A stretch of DNA of 54,221 bases from Piedraia hortae CBS 480.64 (lineage: Eukaryota). The notes beneath the pieces are model-generated. The model searched no databases, was not told the origin of the DNA, and saw nothing but the letters and a program-made list of their open reading frames with translations. A program made the position numbers and the translations under genes. The stretch lies in assembly GCA_010093745.1 (NCBI GenBank), contig MU005981.1:186001-240221 (forward strand), in the 5' to 3' direction. This document shows positions 1-11,329 of the stretch, piece by piece. The first letter of the stretch is position 1. Every line of letters begins with the position of its first letter.

Positions 1-20
1 GTAACCCAACACCACCCAAA

Positions 21-668
21 ATGTCCCTCCTCATCCTCCCCCCCGAAGTCCGCAACGCAATCTACGCCTTCCACTTCCCACCGCAGGTTGACCCCCAATC
101 CCTATCCCTCCTCCTCGTCTGCAAACAAATCCACCGTGAAGCGGGCCTCCTCGCCTTCTCCCGCACTAACTTTCCCACCACAATCCCCTCCCCCGCGGCC
201 TTTGCCTCCCTCACATCAACCCTCACCACAGAACAAATCTCATTGATCCGATATGTAACTTTGACAGCGAATGTGAGACAGCTTCGCGCGATGAATGAGG
301 AGTGGGGATCAAGTCCTTTTGGGTGTGGGATTTTGTGGTTGAGGAAGTTGAGGATTCTGCCGCAAAGGAGTGCGGTTGGGACTGCGGAGCTGCCACTTGG
401 GGAGGAGCTGTCGCAACGGGTGCATTGTGCTACGCTTGTGGAGATTTTGGTGAGGGTTTTGGGGGATCTGGAGGGGGTGGAGGTTTTGGAGGTTGGGAAT
501 GTAGGGGTGGATGGGGGGAAAGGGCCGTTTGGTGAGAGGGTTTGGGTTTGGGGGTTTAAAAGGCTTGGGGAGAGGTTGGAGGGGATGAGGGGTGGTGTGG
601 AGTTGTATGGGGATGGAAAGTGGTGGAGTATGGATTTGAGGAGGGGGGATACTGGTATGAGGGAATGA
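21..668 (+). CDS. Hypothetical protein (215 aa) with a fungal F-box-like N-terminal motif
   Basis: ATG-initiated ORF. N-terminus LLILPPEVRNAIY...LLLVCKQIHREA matches the common fungal 'LPxEIRNxIY...LLxVCRQIxxEA' motif. Confidence 0.7.
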   Translation: MSLLILPPEVRNAIYAFHFPPQVDPQSLSLLLVCKQIHREAGLLAFSRTNFPTTIPSPAAFASLTSTLTTEQISLIRYVTLTANVRQLRAMNEEWGSSPFGCGILWLRKLRILPQRSAVGTAELPLGEELSQRVHCATLVEILVRVLGDLEGVEVLEVGNVGVDGGKGPFGERVWVWGFKRLGERLEGMRGGVELYGDGKWWSMDLRRGDTGMRE

Positions 669-966
669 GGAAGGTTGGTGGGAATACTTGGTAAGAAATT
701 TTCCAATTACGATTACTTCAGGCAAGAAGTGCTGAATAGGTTCCTTCCAAAGCGACTGATGGAATCCCGCAATGCATAATCGATTCTGATATGGTGAATT
801 CACAATGCATCATCGAATCTCATGTGGTAGAAGTTCCAAGCGTAGAGTGCAGATTATCTAGGACAAAGTCTGTGCCAAGGCAGCGTCAAGTGGGGCTTTT
901 CGAGCTAACTTAGCCCCGCAGTCGTCGCGACAGCGAGCGCAAAGCACTTGAGCAACGCTTTGAATC

Positions 967-2891
967 ATGAGCAGCTGGATAGAGTGAGTCGCATGACGCC
1001 GCGCATTCCATTCAAATCATCAGCTAACGCCTACAGCAACTTCAGGGGCTCGCGCGATCGGCGTCGACGCGTCCAGGATGAGCTCCAGGCGCTGCTCCCG
1101 ACGCGTCAACAGGTCGGGATTCCCTCAGCGGTCCCGGCCAAAGAAGTGACATTAATCGCGCTGCGACTCAAATACCAAATCGAACAAGTCGTGCCGTGTG
1201 AGCTACCGGAGGAGCGCATAACGCAGCCACATAGCAATGTGATCACACCCGCCGTGATCGCCACGGCCAAAAACGCAGGCAAGCAGGGTCCACACGCGTC
1301 AGAAGACGCAAACGGTGCTGTAATCTACTGTCTGCTAGTAGTGAAGAACTGGTTCAGGCGTCAATCGTTGCGGGAGCTCTGGGATGCGGATCTGTACAAA
1401 CTCCGAGCCATAGCGTGCGAGATTTTGGCCAAGAGAATCATCGAAGGCGAGGAGGATCAAGCCTATCTTATGCAGTCTTTGCTGCTGAAGCGATACAGTA
1501 TCGTTGTTGACGGCCGCGAGACGGAGCCGACGAACGCGGTTGAAAAGGCAGTGGATCTGCACGCCGTGACTGTTATTTCCAGCTCTGGATACCAGAAATG
1601 CATCAGCCACTTGTGGAGGGGCTGGCTAATCCAGAGCGAGGAGGATGCGAGCTGCTTTGTCGACTATAAGGAAAAAGGTAATCCGAACTACTGGGTCCAT
1701 TTCGACCCAGACAGGATGCGTGTGCCTCAGTATCAGAATGCGGTGCAGGTAATCACATCTCTCGTGTTCGTGGGGCTGTACACTGGTGCCATCAACACCA
1801 TCAATGCCACGGGTGATCTGGATCTCGTCGAAGGTCTGCTTTACATCTTCACCCTCGGCTTCATCTTCGATGAAGCAGCCAAGTTCTACAAAGTCGGACG
1901 GTATTATCTCAGCTTCTGGAATGTCTTCAATATGACCCTCTACACGCTGCTGACCGTCTCGTTCGCCTTGCGAATAATCGCCCTTACCAACGGCCACGGA
2001 ACACACGGGAGGGAGAAATACAACATGCTCTCATACGATTTCTTGGCCTTCAGCGCGCCCATGTTTTGGGGTCGGTTGATGCTCTACTTGGACAACTTCC
2101 GCTTCTTCGGCGCCATGCTTGTTGTCCTCAAAGTCATGATGAAAGAGTCTCTAATCTTCTTTGCTCTGCTTTTCATCGTCCTCATCGGCTTCTTCCAGGC
2201 CTTTGTGGGTCTCGATCAAGCAGACGATGCCGCCCTCGATGCCACCCACTTCATCACCAAGCAGATGCTCAACGCAATCATGGGCAGCCCGGATTTCGAA
2301 GGCTGGGGCCGCTTCGCTCCTCCGTTTGGCATCACGCTGTACTACATCTACAACTTTGTCATCATTGTTATTCTGTTGAACATCCTGATTGCGTTGTTCA
2401 ACAGTGCGTACGAGGCTATTACCGACAATGCCGCAGACGAGTACATGGCGCTGTTCAGCCAGAAGACGATGCAGTTCGTGCGTGCGCCGGATGAGAACGT
2501 CTACATTGCGCCGTTTAACCTCATTGAGGTGTTTTGCCTGATTATCCCGTTCGAGTGGTGGATGTCGGATGCGAAGTACGAGCAACTTAATGATGTCGTT
2601 ATGACGATTATTTATGCGCCGTTGTTGTTGGTTACAGCGTTTTTAGAGACACGCACCGCACGGACAGTGTCGTTTAATAGGTCTCGGAATGAAGAGGATG
2701 ATGATACCATTGAGGAGTGGGAGCAGCTTGCTGATGATCTTGATGTTGAGGGGTCGGGATGGGGGAAGAAGGTCGAGGAAACGAAGCCGAACGTTGCGAT
2801 TGACGCTACGTTGCTGAAGGTCAATAAGTTGGATGAGGAGATCGGACAGCTAAAGAATTTGCTTGTTGGGTTGAAGGCGGAGAGGAATTGA
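967..2891 (+). CDS. YVC1: Vacuolar TRP-family cation channel; exons 967-983 and 1037-2891
   Basis: Motifs IALRLKYQIEQVVPCEL, HFDPDRMRVPQYQN, multiple TM segments, KTMQFVRAPDENVYIAPFNLIE. Intron 984-1036 (GTGAGT...GCTAAC...CAG) joins MSSWID in frame to NFRG. Confidence 0.93.
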
Positions 2892-3535
2892 ACGAGATGC
2901 TGTGCATAGCGTAACTAGCTGCTGTTAATAATGGGCCGGTCTGTGATGGATTGCGGCACGAAGGGCAAGGTGCCAGTTGTAAACCTGTCTTGGATGCAGC
3001 GTGATACCTCATCCCGTCTCCCTGTTGGGAGAAACTGGTTAAGGTCCACTTTTCTTACTCACAACGAGAGCTTCTTGGCATATCTGGCAGCCTCCTTGCA
3101 CCATTCATGAGAATCACCAAGTCCAGTGAGTTTGGGACGTCCATTGTAAAATTGAATCTCCTCAGCGTTCGCGCCTATCACAAAGCAAGAAGTGGAACCA
3201 AGTCTCGGTCAAGTATCCTACCGAGCGATACAAAGCATGATTTGTGAGCATCAGGGGTAGATCAACCTTGTCTCTAAGATCATGAGGGGACAAACCAAAG
3301 ATCTGGCTTCCGTTATACGAATATGCCAGGTTTGATACTGAGACCGCTACGGTAGACCAGTTTCAAACCTCGCAAAAGACATGAGAACGTGCTTACGACT
3401 CTCTTTTACTTACCTAGATGAAAGGAGAGCTGTCAAGAGAATAGCCTGAGGTTCCGATAGATTAGGGTACAGCGAGATCTTAGGGTTAGCGAGACTCGAC
3501 AACGACAACAAGAGGCAGGCGGCCAATGACCACTC

Positions 3536-5719
3536 ATGGCTCCACGGCCGCCGACATCTGGGTATGCGCGGATTGCGCAGGCGGAAGAGGAAGAAGAGGA
3601 GGAAGGATTGCTGGATGACGACGATCCGTTCAATGATCCGCCGACCATTTCACAGCCTGCCCGCTATGAGGCCATCCAACCAGGCCGACGGGAGCGTATG
3701 GGCTTCATGTCCGGTCCTTCCAGTCCCCGCCGGTCTCGGAGACGTAGCGCTAGCAGCGCCGGGGTCGACATCAAGGCTCTCAACGCGCGCGTCGAACGGT
3801 GGGCCGAGGAGATCAAGGAGAAGTTCAAGATCCGCCGCGTCAGAGGCAAGAGTTCGGACGACGAGACGCTTGAGATCTACAGCAGCGTCTTCCAGGCGCC
3901 TGATGGCCTCCGGCCGGCCACGCGAGAGACTCTGGACTCGTACTACGACGATGGCAGCGAGAGAATGTCGAAGCTCGAGTTTGACGACATCGTGGAATCG
4001 GTTCGGACGGCGATAGACATGGATATTCAGCCTAATCTGATCTCTCAGGGGAGCAGCGGCTCGTACTTTGCGCGGAACCGCAGCGGAAAGGTGGTGGGCG
4101 TGTTCAAGCCAAAGGACGAGGAGCCATACGCCAGTAAGAATCCCAAGTGGACCAAGTGGCTGCACCGGAACCTTCTGCCGTTTGCGTTTGGCCGTGCAAT
4201 GCTGATCCCCAACTTGTCATACGTGTCCGAGGCAGCGGCATATGTGTTGGACTGTCAGCTGCACACTAATATCGTCCCCTACACAGACGTCGTAAGTCTC
4301 GGCAGCAAAGCCTTTTACTACGATTACTTTGAGCGGAACGCTTGTAGACGTAAGCGTAAACCGCTGCCCGAGAAACCTGGGTCATTTCAGGTCTTTCTCA
4401 AGGGCTACAAGGGCGCCACAGACTTCTTTAGACAGCATCCCTGGCCTGATCGCCAGGGGAATTCTCTACCTTCTCGGCCAAAATATAGGCGAAAAGGCTG
4501 GACTGACTCTTGCCGTCCGAGCACGGCTGTGGAAGAGGACAGCGAGGACGAAATGTCCCCCGAAGCTCAGCGCCAGGCCGTCCAAGAGTTCTGGACAGAA
4601 GAGCTGCAGCTGAGCTTCAGGGAAGAATTGGAAAAACTGGTCATTCTGGACTATGTCATGCGCAACACTGACCGAGGAACGGATAATTGGATGATCAGGA
4701 TAGACAAGGAACAAGACCAGGCCGCACTTGTAATGGATACACAGAAGAACGATCATGTCCGACCACGAACCGAAACGATGACGACTCAAAAGGCGAAGAG
4801 CACCAAAATCATACCGCGGCTCGGTGCCATAGACAACAGCTTATCCTGGCCCTGGAAGCATCCCGATGCATGGCGAAGCTATCCCTTTGGATGGCTCTTC
4901 CTGCCCGTCAGTCTCATCGGCCAGCCCTTTTCTGAAAAAACCCGCAAACATTTTCTTCCCCTTCTTACATCCAAAGTCTGGTGGCGGGACACACAGATCA
5001 AGCTACGTGCCTGCTTCGAGATTGACCAAGACTTCCAAGAGAAGATGTACGCGCGACAAATGGCTGTTATGAAGGGACAGGCGTGGAATGTCGTCGAAAC
5101 CTTGAAAACAGCCGACCACGGTCCGCTAGAGCTCACACGAAGGTCACGAGTTCTCGTCTGGGACGACATCGTCGAGATTCCTGTAGTCGTTCCTCTGACC
5201 CGCCCATCGGAAGACATGCGCCGTACAGCCGCCACGCGCAACGTTCGTCGGCCAAAGGACATTAACGAGGACGAGGAGATGGACATATCTACTGCCTACG
5301 CCTCTGAGCCTCAGGCTGGTAGGAGCCAAGACTTGCTCGGCCTCAACGATCCAGGCCGAGAACTCGGCGATAACCCGTTTAATGTCTCCCGCCAGAGCGA
5401 GAACGCCGGTGGTCGCGGCGACTCCCCGCCAATATCCCTACGGCAGGACCATGAGTCTCCGCCCGCGGCCCGACGCAATGGTAGCAAAGCCCGCCACAGG
5501 GCGAGTACGAGTGAAAGCGAAACCTCAAAACGGCAGAGTCCGCGAAGGCGGTTGTCGTTTAGTTTGAAACACGGCCTTTCGTTCGAGCCGTATAATGACG
5601 AGGAGGATGGTGATCTTGGCTTTGCGGCGGCGAATCACCAAGAGGGCAGTCGGAGGAAGGTAATTGTCGAGCGCTTGGAAATGGTTAAGAGTAAGAAGCC
5701 GGTTTTTACATGTTGTTGA
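3536..5719 (+). CDS. LSB6: Type II phosphatidylinositol 4-kinase
   Basis: ISQGSSGSYF, VGVFKPKDEEPY, LDYVMRNTDRG, GAIDNSLSWPWKHPD; C-terminal PVFTCC. Confidence 0.95.
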   Translation: MAPRPPTSGYARIAQAEEEEEEEGLLDDDDPFNDPPTISQPARYEAIQPGRRERMGFMSGPSSPRRSRRRSASSAGVDIKALNARVERWAEEIKEKFKIRRVRGKSSDDETLEIYSSVFQAPDGLRPATRETLDSYYDDGSERMSKLEFDDIVESVRTAIDMDIQPNLISQGSSGSYFARNRSGKVVGVFKPKDEEPYASKNPKWTKWLHRNLLPFAFGRAMLIPNLSYVSEAAAYVLDCQLHTNIVPYTDVVSLGSKAFYYDYFERNACRRKRKPLPEKPGSFQVFLKGYKGATDFFRQHPWPDRQGNSLPSRPKYRRKGWTDSCRPSTAVEEDSEDEMSPEAQRQAVQEFWTEELQLSFREELEKLVILDYVMRNTDRGTDNWMIRIDKEQDQAALVMDTQKNDHVRPRTETMTTQKAKSTKIIPRLGAIDNSLSWPWKHPDAWRSYPFGWLFLPVSLIGQPFSEKTRKHFLPLLTSKVWWRDTQIKLRACFEIDQDFQEKMYARQMAVMKGQAWNVVETLKTADHGPLELTRRSRVLVWDDIVEIPVVVPLTRPSEDMRRTAATRNVRRPKDINEDEEMDISTAYASEPQAGRSQDLLGLNDPGRELGDNPFNVSRQSENAGGRGDSPPISLRQDHESPPAARRNGSKARHRASTSESETSKRQSPRRRLSFSLKHGLSFEPYNDEEDGDLGFAAANHQEGSRRKVIVERLEMVKSKKPVFTCC

Positions 5720-5848
5720 TGGCTGTATTTTTATGAATCGTTTGGTTCCGGTGAAAAAAGTTATTCACTGGATTCTGTCTGTGCACTGCAGCCCCCACTT
5801 CACTGAGTTTAAAGTGTGTGTATAACTACCTGAAGGGTAATACTACTC

Positions 5849-8800
5849 ATGTTGACAGCCAACCAAGTCGACCTATGTGAACTGCATGCTTATGAGCCAA
5901 GAAAGTATTGTGAAGCGCTTAGCGGCTCTCTTATATCAAGCTCCACACAAACAATCAAAGCAATCAATCTCGGTCTCTCTCAAATTATGACAACCACGAC
6001 CTATCCCATCAGCAATGAAAGATCCACCAATGCGACGTCCATCGGATCTCCGGTTTTCGCGAATCACGGGGCGACGATGACGCCATCGCCCAAAGTCAAT
6101 CTTTCACGACAATGTAGAGCCATCGCAACAGGCGATGAGGAAATGCCAGCCGGTCCTATTACTCCTTCCAAACGACGCCTCTCCAATGACACCTTCAACA
6201 ACGCCAAGCATCCCAAACGCGCCAAGACAGAAGTCATCGAAATCCTCTCCGATGAAGAAAATGATCCCCAAACAGACAACATTGACCCCCAACACGCCAA
6301 TATAGAAGTCATCTCAGAGCAAGACGCCCTCAAGAAACGCCCCAGCCCCTCACCCCCTGCAGAAAAACCCACAATCTGCATCGGCGCGCTGAAAGGCACC
6401 GCGAACCTCTCTCACTTCCCTCTCATCACCCCCCGCCAACGCGCCCTCTTCGGCAGCACAAACTGGCCCCCCTACCACCTTACGCTCTCACACGACGAAA
6501 AAGCCCCCGGCAGGGTAATCCACATCCTCTCCAAAGAAGGCACAAACCTCGGCACACTCGACAAAGACCTTGCGGGGGGGATAGTCCCCCTCCTCCGTGG
6601 GGCGAAGATAAATAACTCGAGATTTAAACTATATATGCCTCCGCGGAAGCGGGATGGGGATGAGGTGCCGGGGGGTGTTTGCTCGGTTAAGGTGGAGATT
6701 TCGGTGTGCGTGTTCGTGGATATGGGAATGGTGGAGCAGGTTGGTCGGTTTCTCGCGCAAAAGAAATTATGGTTGGTGAATCCCGCTGACGCGGGGTTTG
6801 CAGGGGTGGGGAGGTATGTGAATCCGCAGGGGGAGAGGCCTTTGGGGGGGTGGAGGAGGGTGGATAAAAAGGAATGGGGGGAGAGGGATGCGAAGACGAT
6901 TTTTGATGAAATGACGCTGCATGCTGATGTGGTGGAGAGGGAGCCGAAAGGGGATGTCGTGAGGACGGGGATGTTGCCGCATCAGAAACGCGCGCTGGGG
7001 TTTTTGATGATGCGAGAGGAGGGGGGGTTGGGACTGTGGAGGTTAGATGGACAGGGGGTGTGGTGGCATGAGATTACGGGGATGAGGGTGCATAGAGAGC
7101 CGATGGCGTTGAGGGGGGGGATTCTCGCTGATGCGATGGGGTTGGGGAAGACGTTGAGTATTCTGTCGCTTGTGGGGGAGACGTTGGAGGAGGGGAGGAA
7201 GTTTGAGAAGTGGAAGGGGGAGGGGGAGGGGAAGGGGGAGAAAGTCAAATCTAGGGCTACGCTGATTGTGTGTCCGAAATCGGTACTCGCAAATTGGCAG
7301 ATGCAGATTGTGGCGCATCTGTATACGGATAAGGTGAGGGTATATACATACCATGGGTCGAATCGGCTGGAGAATGTGCGGGAGTTGGCTGGGTGTGATG
7401 TCGTGTTGACGACGTATAATACGCTGGCGACGGAGATAGCGGCTGGAAAAGCGCTTGGTGAAATTGAGTGGTTCAGGATTGTACTTGATGAAGCTCATTC
7501 TATACGGAATTCGGCGACAAAGGTTAATAAGGCATGCTGCAGTCTTGAAGGGTTGAACCGTTGGGCTGTGACGGGCACGCCGGTACAGAATGGACTGGAA
7601 GATATGGGCGCTCTGGTCAAGTTTCTACGTGTCTATCCCTTTGATGGCGTAGGCATGTGGAGAAAGTATATGACAGACCCGTTGAAGGAAGGCAGACCGT
7701 CAGCCGTCTCCAACCTGCGGACTTTGGTCGACAGCATGACGATGCGTCGGCTCAAAGAAACGATCAAGCTGGAAGAAAAGACTGAGGAAACCATCTTTCT
7801 TGAATTCTCTGACCAGGAGAGGGAGATGTATTCCCGAATACCCGGGAACGTGCAGGCCACGCTGCGTAAAATATCGAAAAAAGGGAGAAAGCTAACTGGC
7901 GGTGAGGTCACAGAGGTTCTCCTGCTAATTAGCAAGCTCCGGCTATTCTGCGCCCATGGCTTGGACTTGCTCAAGGAGGAGGATCGCAAGAGCATTGGTG
8001 GGGATAACGCTACCTCCGAGCTGACTGAAGCCGGGGCGTATGACTTCCTCGCCCTTGCTCGCGAAAGCAGCCAGGATTTTTGCGATATCTGCGAGGGGAA
8101 GATACCGTCCGAAGACAAGGGCCATGATAGTGTCACACCTGAGGACAATGACCCCGACGATGGCGATATCATGGGCTACCTCAATGTCTGCCGCCACCTC
8201 ATCTGTGGTAAGTGCATTGAGCAGTATAAAAACTGCACCGAACACTATACCGCAGGCGACACCATCACCTGTCCCGTGTGCGAAGCGCCAGGCATCCAAT
8301 CGCGGCTTTTCATCCTCTCTCGCACAAAAGTCATTGCCATGCAACGACAAGCCTCTTCCCGCAAAGGCAAAAAACCCGCACCCAAGACTTACTGCGGGCC
8401 TTCGCCCAAGGTCCGGGCCCTCCTACAAGAGCTCGCCCAATCCGCCGAGGAGAGCGGCTCCCTCCCAGCCGGCAGCCCGCGGATCAAGAGCGTCGTCTTT
8501 TCCGCCTGGACCAGCAATCTCGACCTCATCGGGATTGCGCTGGACAAGGCCAAAATCTCTTTCGTCCGGCTCGATGGAACGATGACCGTCTCCCAGCGGA
8601 CAAAAGTCATGGACAAGTTCGCGACGGACGACAGCGTCACCGTCATTCTGGCATCCATTGGCGCTGGCGGTCAGGGTCTCAACTTCACGGCCGCCAATAA
8701 GGTCTACGTGATGGAGCCGCAATTTAACCCCGGCGTCGAGATGCAGGCCGTAGACAGAGTCCACAGGCTGGGCCAGAAGAGGGCTGTGCGGGTCGTGAGA

Positions 8801-8941
8801 TATATAATGAGTGGCTCGATTGAGGAGCGCGTTGTGGAGGTGCAGCAGTTGAAGAGGGACGCTGCGAGGCTGGCCATGGATGGGAAGAAGGGGGACATTG
8901 AGAACGGGAGGCTGGAGCAGCTGACGGTATTGTTCAGATAG
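5849..8941 (+). CDS. SNF2-family ATPase with inserted RING finger (Rad5/Rad16/HLTF-like); start may be the ATG at 5987
   Basis: GGILADAMGLGKT, LDEAH, WAVTGTPVQN, RING-like CxxC...CxH..CxxC...CPxC, helicase-C motifs RLDG and QAVDRVHRLGQ. Confidence 0.88.
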   Translation: MLTANQVDLCELHAYEPRKYCEALSGSLISSSTQTIKAINLGLSQIMTTTTYPISNERSTNATSIGSPVFANHGATMTPSPKVNLSRQCRAIATGDEEMPAGPITPSKRRLSNDTFNNAKHPKRAKTEVIEILSDEENDPQTDNIDPQHANIEVISEQDALKKRPSPSPPAEKPTICIGALKGTANLSHFPLITPRQRALFGSTNWPPYHLTLSHDEKAPGRVIHILSKEGTNLGTLDKDLAGGIVPLLRGAKINNSRFKLYMPPRKRDGDEVPGGVCSVKVEISVCVFVDMGMVEQVGRFLAQKKLWLVNPADAGFAGVGRYVNPQGERPLGGWRRVDKKEWGERDAKTIFDEMTLHADVVEREPKGDVVRTGMLPHQKRALGFLMMREEGGLGLWRLDGQGVWWHEITGMRVHREPMALRGGILADAMGLGKTLSILSLVGETLEEGRKFEKWKGEGEGKGEKVKSRATLIVCPKSVLANWQMQIVAHLYTDKVRVYTYHGSNRLENVRELAGCDVVLTTYNTLATEIAAGKALGEIEWFRIVLDEAHSIRNSATKVNKACCSLEGLNRWAVTGTPVQNGLEDMGALVKFLRVYPFDGVGMWRKYMTDPLKEGRPSAVSNLRTLVDSMTMRRLKETIKLEEKTEETIFLEFSDQEREMYSRIPGNVQATLRKISKKGRKLTGGEVTEVLLLISKLRLFCAHGLDLLKEEDRKSIGGDNATSELTEAGAYDFLALARESSQDFCDICEGKIPSEDKGHDSVTPEDNDPDDGDIMGYLNVCRHLICGKCIEQYKNCTEHYTAGDTITCPVCEAPGIQSRLFILSRTKVIAMQRQASSRKGKKPAPKTYCGPSPKVRALLQELAQSAEESGSLPAGSPRIKSVVFSAWTSNLDLIGIALDKAKISFVRLDGTMTVSQRTKVMDKFATDDSVTVILASIGAGGQGLNFTAANKVYVMEPQFNPGVEMQAVDRVHRLGQKRAVRVVRYIMSGSIEERVVEVQQLKRDAARLAMDGKKGDIENGRLEQLTVLFR

Positions 8942-9196
8942 AGGTGTGTCAGCGATGACTATGGAGATACCAAGCGATGTACGATAGCTACCTATATGAA
9001 ATGTCAAGAAAGTCCACTGTCGAACAGAAGCAACCTTCATAGATTAATGCCAAGAGCTTAAGGTGGGTCTGATAAGGCCAAAAGTCGATCACACTGACCA
9101 AAAGTCGTGGCCGGCGCCTCCCTAACGGCTCCTCCCGAAAGCGGGTCCCGCCGCGCGACGCGACCTGTGCCAGCAACCAGCAGCAAACTCGGCGCA

Positions 9197-11109
9197 ATGG
9201 ACGGCGCATTCGCTGCAAACGATCCTGATGCACCTACCAACATGTCAGACGAGATGATTGTGGCGGAGAATGAGGACACGCTCATGGCAGACGCCGACGA
9301 CAGCAAGAAGGCGGCGTCGGACAACCCTCTTGACGCGCCCGAGGGCCCGCCGCCGGACGCGCGGGAAAAGGATAAGGAGCGGGAGGCAGAGCGCTCGGCG
9401 CGCGCGCACCTCGTTGACCAGACGCACTCGATCATCCTGCCGTCGTACAGCGCGTGGTTCGACCTCCACCAGATTCACAGCATCGAACGCCGCGCGCTGC
9501 CAGAGTTCTTCAATAACCGCAACCGGAGCAAGACGCCGGCTGTGTATAAGGATTATCGCGACTTTATGGTCAATACATATCGGCTAAATCCGCCGGAGTA
9601 CCTCACCGTCACCGCCTGTCGGCGCAATTTGGCTGGGGATGTCTGTGCTATCATGCGTGTGCATGCGTTTCTCGAACAGTGGGGGTTGATCAACTATCAG
9701 GTGAGTTTTGGGCTGTACATCTTTTGGGGTTTCACGTGCTAGGGGTTGTTGGAGGGATGAGCTTGTCTCGGAGACTGTTGGTTGACGCCTCGGAAGCTTT
9801 GAATCCCCCATAGGATGACCTTATGAGGATCCATAGGCTAACCGTATAGATCGATCCAGATACCCGACCCTCAAATATCGGCCCTCCGTTTACCGGCCAC
9901 TTCCGCGTCACAGCAGACACTCCGCGCGGCCTGCAGCCGCTACAGCCAGCGCCAGGCAGCACAGTGACAGCCGGAAAGCCCCATCCGTCCACGGCCCAGG
10001 CAGCAGCAGCCGGAGCGGCGGATATTGACCTTAACTTGGACATTCGCCGCAGCATCTACGACACCAAGGGCCGCGACGTTACTTCCACGGCCGACTCTCT
10101 CTCCAACGGCAACAGCGCCCCAACTCCCCACCACTGTCACAGCTGCGGCAAGCTCTGCACAAAGGTATATTACCACAACAGCAGCAATCCGACCGCCAGC
10201 GCAACTGCCTCCCGTCCGACAAAAGAACAGCGCTATGATATCTGTCCTCTCTGCTACAGCGAGGGCCGCTTCCCAGGTAACACCTCCTCAGCCGACTATG
10301 TCAAGATGGAGGACGAGGACGCGCCTTCTGCGGGCGACAGCGAGGTTCCCTGGACCGAAGAAGAGCTCCTCGCCCTGCTAGAAGGTCTAGAGATGTTTGA
10401 CGACAACTGGGACTCCGTTTCCAAGCATGTCGGAACGCGCACTCGCGAAGAATGCGTCCTCAAATTCCTCCAACTAGACATCGAGGACAAATACGTAGAA
10501 GAGACGGTCGGCAACGGGACCTCCTTCCTCAATGGCCGCATTCCCTTCAGCCAGCACGACAACCCTGTCCTCTCTGTTCTGGGCTATCTCGCCGGCCTCG
10601 CAGACCCCAAAACCGCCGCCGCAGCGGCCGACAGGAGCGTCTCTGAAATGCGATCGAGCCTCCAAGCCCGACTAGAAAACGGCGGAACATCGACCGAAAT
10701 CGCCAAGCGCGAAGACGAGGACAAAAAACCCGACCTCGCCACTACGGCAATGAGCCTCGCAGCCGCGCGCTCAGCGGCCTTAGCATCTCACACTGAACGC
10801 CAGCTTACGAACCAAACCTCTGCTGCGGTGAACCTCATGCTGGAAAAGCTGCAGCTGAAGATGGAGCAGTTTAATGAGATGGAGCAGCTGCTTGTTGCTG
10901 AGCGCAGGGAACTTGAGCGGGAGAGGGAACGGCTCTTTCTCGATAGAGTCATGTTTCGCGATCGAGTGCGTGAGGTAGAGAGACAGTTACAGGGGGTTAG
11001 GATTCATGTGGATGCTATGCCCAAGGATGGGCGGCTTGTGGTGGAGAGGGAGAGTCCGAATGTGGGGGATTTGCCCAATATGGAGGGTGAGGTTACGTTG
11101 GAGATTTAG
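9197..11109 (+). CDS. RSC8: SWI/SNF-RSC core subunit (Swi3/Rsc8/Ssr2 family); exons 9197-9700 and 9850-11109
   Basis: SWIRM ([10 protein letters not shown]...[11 protein letters not shown]), ZZ finger (CHSC...ICPLC), SANT ([14 protein letters not shown]), C-terminal coiled coil. Intron 9701-9849 (GTGAGT...GCTAAC...TAG) gives in-frame [10 protein letters not shown]. Confidence 0.9.
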
Positions 11110-11329
11110 TCTCTAATGGGACAGGGTTTCTAGGGTAGTTTTGCCTGTCATGATGTGTACTTTTACAAAATTTTGTGGAGTGTAATGAGTCTCTAGGGTG
11201 AAGTGGGTTTTGATAGCAGGCCTGTGGACGGGTTGCAAAAGCGGTATGCTTCAGGTAGGAAATTTGCAAGGCTCATCAATGACTGGTAGCAAAGCGACAG
11301 CTTGGTCGCGTGAGCACTGTTTGGCGGAA

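Noticed and set aside
62..803. Antisense Pro/Ser-rich ORFs, also those over the SNF2, RRN5 and RBR genes
   Set aside because: Shadows of G/C-skewed coding sequence on the opposite strand.
948..966. TTG start for YVC1 in the ORF track
   Set aside because: The ATG at 967 with a canonical intron gives a better model.
9701..9849. TPP riboswitch in the intron
   Set aside because: Lacks the conserved CTGAGA and GAT...AAT...GCG...GG core.
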